Origin: Candidatus Hadarchaeales archaeon
Lineage (GTDB): Archaea > Hadarchaeota > Hadarchaeia > Hadarchaeales > Hadarchaeaceae
Assembly (NCBI GenBank): GCA_038872135.1
Contig: JAVZGN010000005.1
Coordinates: 1 to 57,284 of the forward strand
Direction: 5' to 3'
DNA: 57,284 nt
The position numbers were made by a program, and so were the translations under genes. The stretch's first letter is position 1. The number at the start of each line of letters is the position of its first letter. Positions 45,948 to 54,663 of this stretch are shown one piece after another. Under the pieces are notes generated by a model. The model saw only the letters and a list, made by a program, of their open reading frames with translations, was not told the DNA's origin and ran no database searches.

Positions 45948-46198
45948 GTTCAAATCCTGGCGACTTTTTTTCGGAGGGATGTTTGTGCTGGTGTTAGGGA
46001 GGGCCCTCATATCTCGTGGAGGTGTTAAGGGGGGACTTAACAGGTCTACCCGTATTGTGTTAAGGGGGGACTTAACACCTGTGTGCTGGTGTTAAGGGGG
46101 GACTTACAGGTCTGCCCAGCATCGTGTTAAGGGGGTCTTACATCCGCGCTTAGGGTGTTAAGGGGGGACTTAACAGACCTGTGTTCAAATCCTAGCGA
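45948..46198. repeat. Array of six ~21-bp palindromic G-tract repeats bracketed by 16-bp direct repeats
   Basis: Consensus GTGTTAAGGGGGGACTTAACA, units at 45991, 46022, 46057, 46089, 46124, 46155; flanks GTTCAAATCCT(G/A)GCGA at 45948-45963 and 46183-46198. Confidence 0.9.
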
Positions 46199-46384
46199 AA
46201 GTTCTTCACATAGCAATTTTATGCCCACGAGATGCCATGACCTCATCAGGTGAGGTTTAGCGAGTACAGTTTTCCCAGGCGGTAGCAACGATTACAATCT
46301 CGGTATTAAGATTGCCCAGGCAACGGTCCATGTCACTGGTGCGACAGTACTTTCCTCCCCCTCCCCAAAAGCAGGTTAAAGGCG

Positions 46385-47512
46385 ATGGAAGATTGTCCGA
46401 GGGTGAGGGAATTGGTTCAACTATCGATTTCATCTTCGGGTGTTCAGATAGCCCCCTGTCTTGAGGAAGCCATTGAGGAAATCATGGCAAAAATAAGGGA
46501 AAATGAGGAAAAAATGAACCAGGCAATCAGAGCTCTCCTGAAGCTTCCGGCTATTCAAGGAGAGGGGCTCCAGGAAAACTTCATCAAGAGAAAAATCCCA
46601 CCCCTCTGCCAGGATGAGCTGAGGGTGGTTGGGGTCGACGGCGGGATGCTTGAGCTGAACCTTCACGGCATCGACATCCTCCTTCTGCGCGCGGTTGCGG
46701 TAAAATTTCACTATCTCCGCGGAAAATTGGAGGGCGCAGATTACATCCCGGCTGGCCTCCCGTTGCCAAAAATCGTCGCGACAACAGAACCACTCGATCA
46801 CCTAGAACTCCAGATGTTAGCAGGGATGGAGCGTCAGCTTACCGAGGTCCAGGTTGCAACCGCCGCTGCAGAAAATTTAGATGCCCTCCTTCTCGATGGC
46901 TCTGTGATCCCCCAGTACGTGGAAAGATTTTCGCGCAGATCCTTCCTTTTCACAAAGTACCGCGAGCTTGTTGCAGCATACATATCCCTTTACAAAAAAT
47001 GTCTGGAGGAGGGAATTCTTCTGGCGGGGGTCGTGAAGGACAGCCGTGGAACGAGGTTTGTAGAGATTTTGAAGGGCAACCTCAAGGAGAGAGATGGAGC
47101 GGAGGTCCTAGAGCACTCAAGGGATACGGTTGTCCTAGATAGGCTCCTGGAGGTCGGTGAGAGAACCCCCTGTTTTGCATATAGAGAAGACCCAGCGGGC
47201 GCTGTCCTGGAGGATCTCGGGAAATTTGGAGAGAAAGTTTCTGTTGTTTACCTGAAGGTGGCGCCATTTGACAGGCCGACGAGGGTTGAGTTTATCTGGG
47301 ATGGCGACCCCCCGGGAACGGCCGAGCGCCTATCATCCCTCCTCACCTCTATCTCCTCCCATCACCAGGCTTTCGGCATCCCCACGGTTCTCGTTGAAGC
47401 CGACCGCCTCGCGAGGCTGGGGGAGGAAGAGCTGGAGCCGATAATCGGGAGAATAGCAGATGTTGCTGGAGAGGAGGCAATGAAGCTCAGGAGAGAAAGG
47501 AGGCCTTTCTAA
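46385..47512 (+). CDS. nurA: NurA-family nuclease (start uncertain)
   Basis: VGVDGG, LLLDGS, GVVKDS, GIPTVLVEAD; coupled to herA. Confidence 0.88.
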   Translation: MEDCPRVRELVQLSISSSGVQIAPCLEEAIEEIMAKIRENEEKMNQAIRALLKLPAIQGEGLQENFIKRKIPPLCQDELRVVGVDGGMLELNLHGIDILLLRAVAVKFHYLRGKLEGADYIPAGLPLPKIVATTEPLDHLELQMLAGMERQLTEVQVATAAAENLDALLLDGSVIPQYVERFSRRSFLFTKYRELVAAYISLYKKCLEEGILLAGVVKDSRGTRFVEILKGNLKERDGAEVLEHSRDTVVLDRLLEVGERTPCFAYREDPAGAVLEDLGKFGEKVSVVYLKVAPFDRPTRVEFIWDGDPPGTAERLSSLLTSISSHHQAFGIPTVLVEADRLARLGEEELEPIIGRIADVAGEEAMKLRRERRPF

Positions 47513-49044
47513 TGGACATCGGGACGATCATCGTCACAGAAAACGGTCCAAGCCCAAAAGGCTTCGGCTTTGTCATCAGGGAAAACGGAGAAAAAATTCC
47601 TGTGAGGGCGGGGCAGTTCGTGAAGGTTGAGACCGAGGAGGGAAAAGTTATTGCACTGGTTACAAATCTCGTGAAGACAAATCGCTATTTCATGAGGGCT
47701 GAGGCCGTGAAAGAATATGAGAAGGGAGGTAGGGCTCTGAAAGAAATCTTCCCGGTAGACCGCTGGGAATATATGGTTGCAGAGGCCTTGCCCCTCGGCG
47801 TTTTCTCGGAGGACGGGATAAAAAGGGTGACTTTCCCTCCATCACCCGGGCAGAAGGTTATGATAGTCGACCAAAAGGAGCTTGAGATTTTCCTAGGTCT
47901 TAGGGAAGATGGGGTTGAAATCGGACATCTCAGGCACCATCAACTCCCGGTGAAGCTTGGCCTCACAAAGCTTCTCCAGAAGCACGTGGCGGTTCTGGCG
48001 ATTTCTGGGGCTGGGAAGTCAAATCTAGCATCGGTGGTAATCGAGGAGCTTTTGAAGAGGAAGCCGGAAGAGGGAAGGCCGGCCGTCGTTGTGGTTGATC
48101 CCCATGGAGAGTATAGATATCTTGCGGAGGATGAGGAACTTTCCCCCCAAGTGAGGATTTTGGATGGCCGGAAGATAAAGATTGGCGTACAGGAGCTTAA
48201 CGCCTACAGCTTCAGGGAATTCCTCCCAGAGATGTCAGAGATGCAGGTGAGGGAGCTGCAGAAGATTCTGGAGAAGCTTCAGGCTAAGGGAAAGGAGTTT
48301 GGGCTGGAGGAGATCATTGTTGAGGTGGAGGCCGGGGAGAAGATGCACAATCACCTCAGGCAGGCGCTGGAGGGGTGGCTCTTCGATCTGGCCTCCCTCG
48401 GAATTTTCGATGTTCGAGATTTCCCAGAGTGGGGGGAGATGGTCAGAGCTGGGAGAGCAGTGGTAATTGACCTGAGCGGAATCTACAGCCTGAGGAAAAA
48501 GCAGATGCTGGTGGCCCACATCGCAAAGAAGCTCTTCTTTTTGAGAAGAAAGGGAAAAATTCCGCCGTTTGTCCTCTGTGTTGAGGAGGCCCATCAGTTT
48601 GCGCCTGCGGGGGAGGCCAAGGCAGCCGCCATTTCGAAACCCATCTTGGAGACGATCGGGAGGGAGGGAAGGAAGTTTTATGCGTCCCTCATGCTCATCT
48701 CTCAGCGTCCGGTGAGACTATCCACAACCCTCCTCTCCCAGGTAAACACCAACATCATCCTGAGGATGACCAATCCCTACGACCTCGAGCACATAAAGCA
48801 GTCTTCAGAGGCGATAACAAAGGAGGTGGCGGAGATGATATCATCTCTTGAGGTTGGAGAGGCTCTCATCGTCGGGGAGGTTGTGAATCACCCAGTTTTC
48901 GTGAAGGTCAGAAAGAGGAATGGAGGCGGGGGAGGAAAGTCATTTGAGGAGGTTGCGGCGGAGTTTGAAGCAGGAAAGCCCAATCACAGAGATGAAACCT
49001 CTCCAGTGACAGTGCAGAACAGTGAATTTTCGCAGAGCTTTTGA
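47512..49044 (+). CDS. herA: HerA/FtsK-family ATPase
   Basis: N-terminal HAS-like barrel, HVAVLAISGAGKS, DPHGEY, EEAHQF, REGRKF, SQRP. Confidence 0.92.
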   Translation: MDIGTIIVTENGPSPKGFGFVIRENGEKIPVRAGQFVKVETEEGKVIALVTNLVKTNRYFMRAEAVKEYEKGGRALKEIFPVDRWEYMVAEALPLGVFSEDGIKRVTFPPSPGQKVMIVDQKELEIFLGLREDGVEIGHLRHHQLPVKLGLTKLLQKHVAVLAISGAGKSNLASVVIEELLKRKPEEGRPAVVVVDPHGEYRYLAEDEELSPQVRILDGRKIKIGVQELNAYSFREFLPEMSEMQVRELQKILEKLQAKGKEFGLEEIIVEVEAGEKMHNHLRQALEGWLFDLASLGIFDVRDFPEWGEMVRAGRAVVIDLSGIYSLRKKQMLVAHIAKKLFFLRRKGKIPPFVLCVEEAHQFAPAGEAKAAAISKPILETIGREGRKFYASLMLISQRPVRLSTTLLSQVNTNIILRMTNPYDLEHIKQSSEAITKEVAEMISSLEVGEALIVGEVVNHPVFVKVRKRNGGGGGKSFEEVAAEFEAGKPNHRDETSPVTVQNSEFSQSF

Positions 49045-49694
49045 ATGGCGTCTGGGGTAAAAATTTTTTGCTGGAGATAATAGCGCAGGATGTCGAGAAT
49101 ATCTATGGCGATAAAATTTACGCTCATGGATGAGTTTCCCCCATTGTTTTTCCATTCAATCATTTTCACGGTTTTCAGGGCCTCGGTCAAAGTGCCCCCG
49201 TTGTTTAGGAGGGAGTTGATGGAGGAAGCGAGGGAGAAGGAGAGCTCATGATAGTCCCTCAAGAGTTTTCTGAAGACCCAGCCATCTGACGGCAGCTGTA
49301 CCTCAATCAGGTTTATGGCGCCGAGGCTCTCTTCGAGCCTTGAGATGAACTCATGATCGAGGGTGATGATGGGAACCTTGAGATGGGAGGCGAGCATCGC
49401 CGCCCGGAGATCGGTCAACGGAATCTCTCGATCGGCTTGGAAAAGGAGCCTTCTAGAGATTTCATCCAAGATCTCAGGGAGGTAAACGACTGTGAGTTTG
49501 CCATCCCTCACAAGACGGGAGAGAAGGGTGTAGCTGAGGAGCCTTTTTCTGACTTCTATCAACTTGTCCCTGGCGAGCCAGGAGTATGTGGAGGAGCAGA
49601 TGTAAAAGTCGCCCCAGCTGAAAAGTTTCCTCGCTAGATTGAAGCTTTCGAGGTCGCAGAGAACACTTGCATCGCAGACGGCTCCAGTTCTCAT
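48984..49694 (-). CDS. Divergent PIN-domain protein with C-terminal extension
   Basis: AVCDASVL, TDLRAAMLA, PIITLD; overlaps the herA 3' end by 61 bp. Confidence 0.6.
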   Translation of the reverse strand: MRTGAVCDASVLCDLESFNLARKLFSWGDFYICSSTYSWLARDKLIEVRKRLLSYTLLSRLVRDGKLTVVYLPEILDEISRRLLFQADREIPLTDLRAAMLASHLKVPIITLDHEFISRLEESLGAINLIEVQLPSDGWVFRKLLRDYHELSFSLASSINSLLNNGGTLTEALKTVKMIEWKNNGGNSSMSVNFIAIDILDILRYYLQQKIFTPDAIQKLCENSLFCTVTGEVSSL

Positions 49695-49741
49695 TTTTCC
49701 CGCCAAAGTTTTGTGAGGAGCTCATTTATAAAGGGAGAAAA
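49692..49741 (-). promoter_or_regulatory. 50-bp promoter/leader cassette, copy 2
   Basis: Identical to 37280-37329, includes TTTATAAA and the ATG. Confidence 0.8.
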
Positions 49742-50008
49742 ATATGGCTCTGGAATTTTTATCAGATAGCAAGCCTCAAATCACCGAAGAAATTCACGAG
49801 AGAACTAGCTTTCTGCTCTTCCACAGTCAACCTTTCTACAAATGCGGGTCCGAATTATTCACACGCATTATGGTCCGTTACAATAGGGCGTTCACCATTT
49901 GTGCCGGTTCTGTAAAGCTCCAATTAACACACCCCTTCACCTTCTTTTTTTTCCAAATAGTGAAAACCTTATATATCAACAAAACCCAAAAGTGAAAATG
50001 TGGGAGCG

Positions 50009-50614
50009 ATGAAAACTGAGCGCATATACCGAGAGCTGCTTCTGCGCAGCCTAGCTGGCATTTCGAGAACAAAGCAGGGGGAGATTGCCAGTCGCTGTCA
50101 GGTCTCTCTTGGCCTAGTGAATAAAACAGTAAAGAAGCTTGAGGAAATTAGTGCCGCTGAAGCCACGAGGAAAGGCGTGCGGGTCCTCTCCCCGGCCAGG
50201 CTCCTGAATCTTTGGGCGACCGAGCGCAGGTTGGCACGCGAGATAGTCTCCGCCTTTCGCATCGACCCGTTGCCGGACGAGAGAAACATTCCCCGCAGCG
50301 CGACGCTGACTGCTTTCTCCGCTTGGGCTGCAATTGCGAAACGTCGACCGGCCGAGTACTCGCGCATTTATTTTTATATCTGGGATCGTGCGGAGTTTGA
50401 GCGCTGGTTGGAGTTCAGAAAATCAAAAATCCGAAAGACCAACCCAAACATTTTTGCACTGCAGGCCGACGACCCGCATCTCCTACAGACTTCAGAGAAG
50501 GGGATCGCCCCAGTGCCACAGATCTATGTTGACATTTACTCGATTGACGGGCCAGAAGCGCCACCATACTTACAGGATATGATAAAAGCCTATCCGGAGT
50601 TGGGGCTGTGGTAG
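50009..50614 (+). CDS. wHTH + AbiEi-like C-domain protein (type IV TA antitoxin-like)
   Basis: QGEIASRCQVSLGLVNKTVKKL HTH; LLNLW, TAFSA, PVPQIYVDIY. Confidence 0.7.
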   Translation: MKTERIYRELLLRSLAGISRTKQGEIASRCQVSLGLVNKTVKKLEEISAAEATRKGVRVLSPARLLNLWATERRLAREIVSAFRIDPLPDERNIPRSATLTAFSAWAAIAKRRPAEYSRIYFYIWDRAEFERWLEFRKSKIRKTNPNIFALQADDPHLLQTSEKGIAPVPQIYVDIYSIDGPEAPPYLQDMIKAYPELGLW

Positions 50615-51249
50615 AATTCTGGCGCGACGAGGCTGTGGAGCGTTCCTGGAGTGTTTTAAAGCGGCTACACAAGCTAGCCGATTTTGTTACGATTGGGGGG
50701 TGGGGAGTGTACTTCTGGACGCGCAAGCTCAAGAGCCGCGACATAGACATCTGTCTTGATCAGGACAACTTCTACAAGCTGCAGGCGAATGCCCTCAAAC
50801 TCGGATTGACCATCAAACGTAACCCACGACTCAAAAAGTTCGAGCTGGTGATGGAGGGCGTGGAGATCGACATTTACACTCCCTTCATGTGCAATCTGGT
50901 CATTCCATGCACCGATGTTTTCCGGGAGAATATGGTTTCAAACATCGAGGGCTTCAGGGTCGCTGCACCAGAGGTTCTCCTTTTGCTGAAGGCTCAGGCC
51001 GCGGCGGAAAGGTGGGGTTCAGAAAAGGGGATGAAAGACAGAGTTGACATCATTTCACTCCTTGCATTCGCCGACCTGAAGGCTGGAGTGCTGAGAAAAC
51101 TCGTGAAAAGGTACGACCCGAGCAAAAAGCTCCTTGCGGTCATCGGCAGGACAGTGAGAGAGAGCAGAGCAGAATACAGAGTGGTTGGACTGGCATACGA
51201 AAAGGACGGTGTTAAGCTGAAGAGATTTCTGGATGAAGTTATGACGTGA
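50608..51249 (+). CDS. Nucleotidyltransferase, AbiEii-like type IV TA toxin
   Basis: IGGWGV, SRDIDI, IDIY, LLLKAQA..R..KDRVDI. Confidence 0.72.
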   Translation: MVEFWRDEAVERSWSVLKRLHKLADFVTIGGWGVYFWTRKLKSRDIDICLDQDNFYKLQANALKLGLTIKRNPRLKKFELVMEGVEIDIYTPFMCNLVIPCTDVFRENMVSNIEGFRVAAPEVLLLLKAQAAAERWGSEKGMKDRVDIISLLAFADLKAGVLRKLVKRYDPSKKLLAVIGRTVRESRAEYRVVGLAYEKDGVKLKRFLDEVMT

Positions 51250-51461
51250 GGGTTGTATCCCACATGAGCTATGGTTCTGGAAGGTTAGTAATCTTCAGTG
51301 GCGGTAGAGTAGATTGCATTTCAATGCTATAAATTTGGCATGTGGAAAATCAGCCGCGCTTTCGCATGATAGCATTCACTCAGTGGTGGAGTAAAGTGCG
51401 ATAGTGTGCTGAAACCTCTCAGAGGTCCATGATTTATTTGGGCTGCGCAAAGTTGATAGGA

Positions 51462-51944
51462 ATGAGCACAATCAAAAGGAAGTACTTGAGAAAAGATGAA
51501 CTCAGAGAAATGACCAAGGCTCTTCCACCAGAGCTTCAAGAGTTTAGAAACAAGATGGAAGATGTGGAAATCGTTGAGACAGATGAATTCAAGATCATCC
51601 TCTCCAATAAGGAGCCCCTCTTGTTACTTCATCAAGGCAAATTTCTGCCCCTTTTAACTTCACCTGCGGCATCAAAAATTCCAAAAGTTGTGGTCGACAT
51701 GGGAGCCGTCCCTCACATAGCCAATGGTGCCGATATCATGGGCCCGGGGGTTGTTTCGGCCGATGAATCCATTCATGAAGGTGGAACAGTCGTAGTGGTT
51801 GATGAAAAGCATGGAAAGACGCTGGCAGTTGGCATAGCTCTAGTCCCAGGAGGGGAGATGAGAGGAAGAAAGGGAAAAGTTGTCGAGAACATTCATCACG
51901 TTGGCGACAAAATCTGGAAGCTCCTTCAATCCCTAAAGTCCTAA
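51462..51944 (+). CDS. PUA-domain RNA-binding protein (pre-PUA + PUA)
   Basis: VDMGAVPHIANGADIMGPGV, KGKVVENIHHVGD. Confidence 0.9.
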   Translation: MSTIKRKYLRKDELREMTKALPPELQEFRNKMEDVEIVETDEFKIILSNKEPLLLLHQGKFLPLLTSPAASKIPKVVVDMGAVPHIANGADIMGPGVVSADESIHEGGTVVVVDEKHGKTLAVGIALVPGGEMRGRKGKVVENIHHVGDKIWKLLQSLKS

Positions 51945-53780
51945 TTCTCTCAGCTTCTGGATCTTTGGCCTCCCCTCTTCATCCCACTCTCGCATCTCAT
52001 AGTAATCTCTGAGCATTGCCTCCATCTCTGGAACCTTTCCTTGTTGTGGTCCGGAGGTCGTCGGCTCAAGCATCCTTTTGGGAAGGACATCGTCTCTCCT
52101 CCTCACACCACATCTTATGTTGAAAAGGCGCTGGATGGTGAAGATCCTCTCGCCGGCCCTCCAAAATTCTTCAATGTTCATCCCCCACCCAGTGATGGCA
52201 TTGAGAAGCTCAAGCTGTTGGGTGATTCCAAAAGCCTCGCACCCCATGAACTTGCACTGCACAAGGGAATCATAGAGGCAGCAGTGATTCTGATATCCTA
52301 TTGCATATCTCGCCTTTCCCTCAGCGGTGAAGGGCTTTGGTGGTTCCGACAGCCCCACTTCTGGTTTTAAAATTCTCAAATCTGCCCCCAAAGTATCTCC
52401 TCTTTCATGGCACCCTCCTCTGTTTCCGGTAGCATAATTGATTGCCTCAACCCAGCTAGGTCTCCTTGGATCGTGGGCAGGAATTTCAAGCCCTTTCACA
52501 TGGCACGCGAAATCTTCCGACCCCTTCCCAATCCTTTGGGCAGCCGTCCTCACTCCATCCGCCAGAAGATTTCCTATGCCCCTTCTCTCGGCAATCAGCC
52601 TGATCAAACTTAGTAGGGCATCTCCATCTCCCCATTTGATCTCAAGCCCGCCGGTTTCTCTTTTTGTTATCAGCCCCCTCTCGTAGCATTCCATCGCAAA
52701 CGCCACGACCCCCCCAAGCGAAATCACATCCATTCCCAGCTGGTTCATCAGGTGGTTTGCATACGCTATCTTCTCCAGATCATCTATGAGGAGGTTTGGC
52801 CCAATCATCGCCAGACATTCATATTCTGGCCCAGCTCCCTCAAACTCAAATTCCTCAGTCTTCACCCGAACATACCTGTGACAGCCAACCGGGCAGCTGG
52901 TGCATGCCATCCCGCTCACAAGGATTTTCTCTGTGAAAACCGGTGGGGAGATCTTCTTTACCCCTTCCCACCATTCTCCCTCCCTCCAGTTTTTAACAGG
53001 GACATCGCCCAGCTCCATCCCAACTGGAAGATAGGAGGCAGTACCGTGCATTGAAAGCTCTCGCGTATGTTTTGGGATTTCCCTCCATAGATCTCTGCAC
53101 AGCAGCTCCAACTTCTCTGGCTCTGCAACCTCGACCTTTTTTTCTCCCCTGACAGCAATGGCCTTGAGATTCTTTGACCCCATTACCGCCCCCATCCCAC
53201 ACCTCCCAGCAACCCCATGACCAAGGTCAGCCACCACACATGCAAATCTCACTAGATTTTTACCGGCTGGGCCTATTGATGCCACCCTCACCTTTTTATC
53301 GCCCAGCTCCTCCTTTATCTCCTCCTCTGCTTCATAAGTTGTCTTGCCCCAGAGGTGCGAAGCGCTCTTGATCTCTGCACCCATTTCGTGAATGTAGAGG
53401 TAAACTGGCGACTGGGCCCTCCCGGTGATGAGAACTGCATCGTGGCCAGTCATCTTGAACTCTGTCCCCCAGTAGCCGCCGGCGCAGGACTCCCCCCATA
53501 CGCCTGTCAGCGGAGACCTAGCCGAAATGTTCCACCTCCCACTTCCCGGTACAGGAAATCCAGTTCCCTGAAACGGCCCAACCGAGCACACGAGGAGGTT
53601 GTAGGGAGAGAGAGGGTTTGGCGGTGGGTCACATCTGTCAAAAATAAATTTCGCTGCAAGTCCCGCCCCGCCGATGAACATTCTTTCAATGTCTTTTTCA
53701 AGCTCTTTCTCAACTATTTTCATCCTGCTTAGGTCCACTTCCAAGATTTTTCCAAAATATCCATAAGATTTGACCTGCAT
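51933..53780 (-). CDS. AOR-family aldehyde:ferredoxin oxidoreductase, paralogue 2
   Basis: RSPLTG, GRCGMGAVMGSKNLKA, CTSCPVGC, EYE, HDPR, RGGCH; start at MQVKS. Confidence 0.9.
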   Translation of the reverse strand: MQVKSYGYFGKILEVDLSRMKIVEKELEKDIERMFIGGAGLAAKFIFDRCDPPPNPLSPYNLLVCSVGPFQGTGFPVPGSGRWNISARSPLTGVWGESCAGGYWGTEFKMTGHDAVLITGRAQSPVYLYIHEMGAEIKSASHLWGKTTYEAEEEIKEELGDKKVRVASIGPAGKNLVRFACVVADLGHGVAGRCGMGAVMGSKNLKAIAVRGEKKVEVAEPEKLELLCRDLWREIPKHTRELSMHGTASYLPVGMELGDVPVKNWREGEWWEGVKKISPPVFTEKILVSGMACTSCPVGCHRYVRVKTEEFEFEGAGPEYECLAMIGPNLLIDDLEKIAYANHLMNQLGMDVISLGGVVAFAMECYERGLITKRETGGLEIKWGDGDALLSLIRLIAERRGIGNLLADGVRTAAQRIGKGSEDFACHVKGLEIPAHDPRRPSWVEAINYATGNRGGCHERGDTLGADLRILKPEVGLSEPPKPFTAEGKARYAIGYQNHCCLYDSLVQCKFMGCEAFGITQQLELLNAITGWGMNIEEFWRAGERIFTIQRLFNIRCGVRRRDDVLPKRMLEPTTSGPQQGKVPEMEAMLRDYYEMREWDEEGRPKIQKLRELGL

Positions 53781-53859
53781 GGGGTCCCTATTAGATTTTT
53801 CAACCATCCTAAAACAATTTCCACGGTTGATTTAAATCCCACAAATAAAAGATAAACCG

Positions 53860-54618
53860 ATGAAATCTTGGAGAGTCCTTCCATTGAGGGTTGACAATGC
53901 TTTCCTCTCAATGGGAATAGACGAGGCCATCTTAAGGCTGAACGCCGAGGGGAAATCTCCCAACACCCTCCGCTTCTGGCGCTGGCAGCCCTCAGCAGTG
54001 TCCATTGGATGTTTTCAGAGCCTGGAGAAGGAAGTGGCGCTAGATGTTGCAAAGAAATACGGTGTGGATGTTGTGAGGCGAATAACCGGTGGCGGGGCAG
54101 TCTTTCACGATCACGACGGAGAACTCACATATAGCCTAGTCTGCAGGGAAGAAGAGATGCCAAAAGACATCATAGAGTCATACAAGATCATATGTGGCGG
54201 GCTGGTGAACGGTCTGGAAACTCTTGGCCTGAAGGCAGAGTTCAAACCTGTCAACGATGTTCAGGTAGGGGGAAAGAAGATCTCGGGAAGCGCCCAAACC
54301 CGTCGCTGGGGCTCAATCCTCCAGCATGGAACAATTCTGATCTCTCCCAACATCAAGATGATGTTTGAGCTCCTGAAGGTTACTCCCGAGAAAATTTCGG
54401 ACAAGTTCATAGAATCAGTCTTCGAGCGGGTGACGACAATTGAAAAAGCCATCGGGAAAAAACCAAGTTTTGAGGAAGTACGGGCGGTGATGGTTAGAGG
54501 GTTTGAAAAAGCGTTGGGCGTAAAGTTTTATGAGGGGGAATTGACTGCTGAAGAGATGGAGCTGGCAGTGGAACTAGCTCGCAAATATTCCTCTGAGGAA
54601 TGGCTGAAAAGGCGTTGA
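53860..54618 (+). CDS. lplA: Lipoate-protein ligase A family catalytic domain
   Basis: RRITGGGAVFHD, ND..GKKISGSAQ, QHGT. Confidence 0.88.
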   Translation: MKSWRVLPLRVDNAFLSMGIDEAILRLNAEGKSPNTLRFWRWQPSAVSIGCFQSLEKEVALDVAKKYGVDVVRRITGGGAVFHDHDGELTYSLVCREEEMPKDIIESYKIICGGLVNGLETLGLKAEFKPVNDVQVGGKKISGSAQTRRWGSILQHGTILISPNIKMMFELLKVTPEKISDKFIESVFERVTTIEKAIGKKPSFEEVRAVMVRGFEKALGVKFYEGELTAEEMELAVELARKYSSEEWLKRR

Positions 54619-54663
54619 GAAAGGTTTTTAATCCAGCGCATAATTGCCGATGGGGGATGAAAG

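Noticed and set aside
45991-46175. CRISPR array
   Set aside because: Linkers are only about 10-14 bp and partly repeated, and no cas genes are present
45948-46384. Canonical ORB/Cdc6 replication origin
   Set aside because: No TCCA..GGAAAC-type ORB core, no obvious AT-rich unwinding element and no cdc6 in the window; kept only as a non-canonical hypothesis
49744-50072. ORFs 49744-49995 (+) and 49878-50072 (-)
   Set aside because: They lie in an AT-rich divergent promoter region and show no motifs; probably non-coding
51360-51415. Box C/D sRNA between the TA-like pair and the PUA gene
   Set aside because: Poor C box (ATGATA), no internal boxes and no identifiable target
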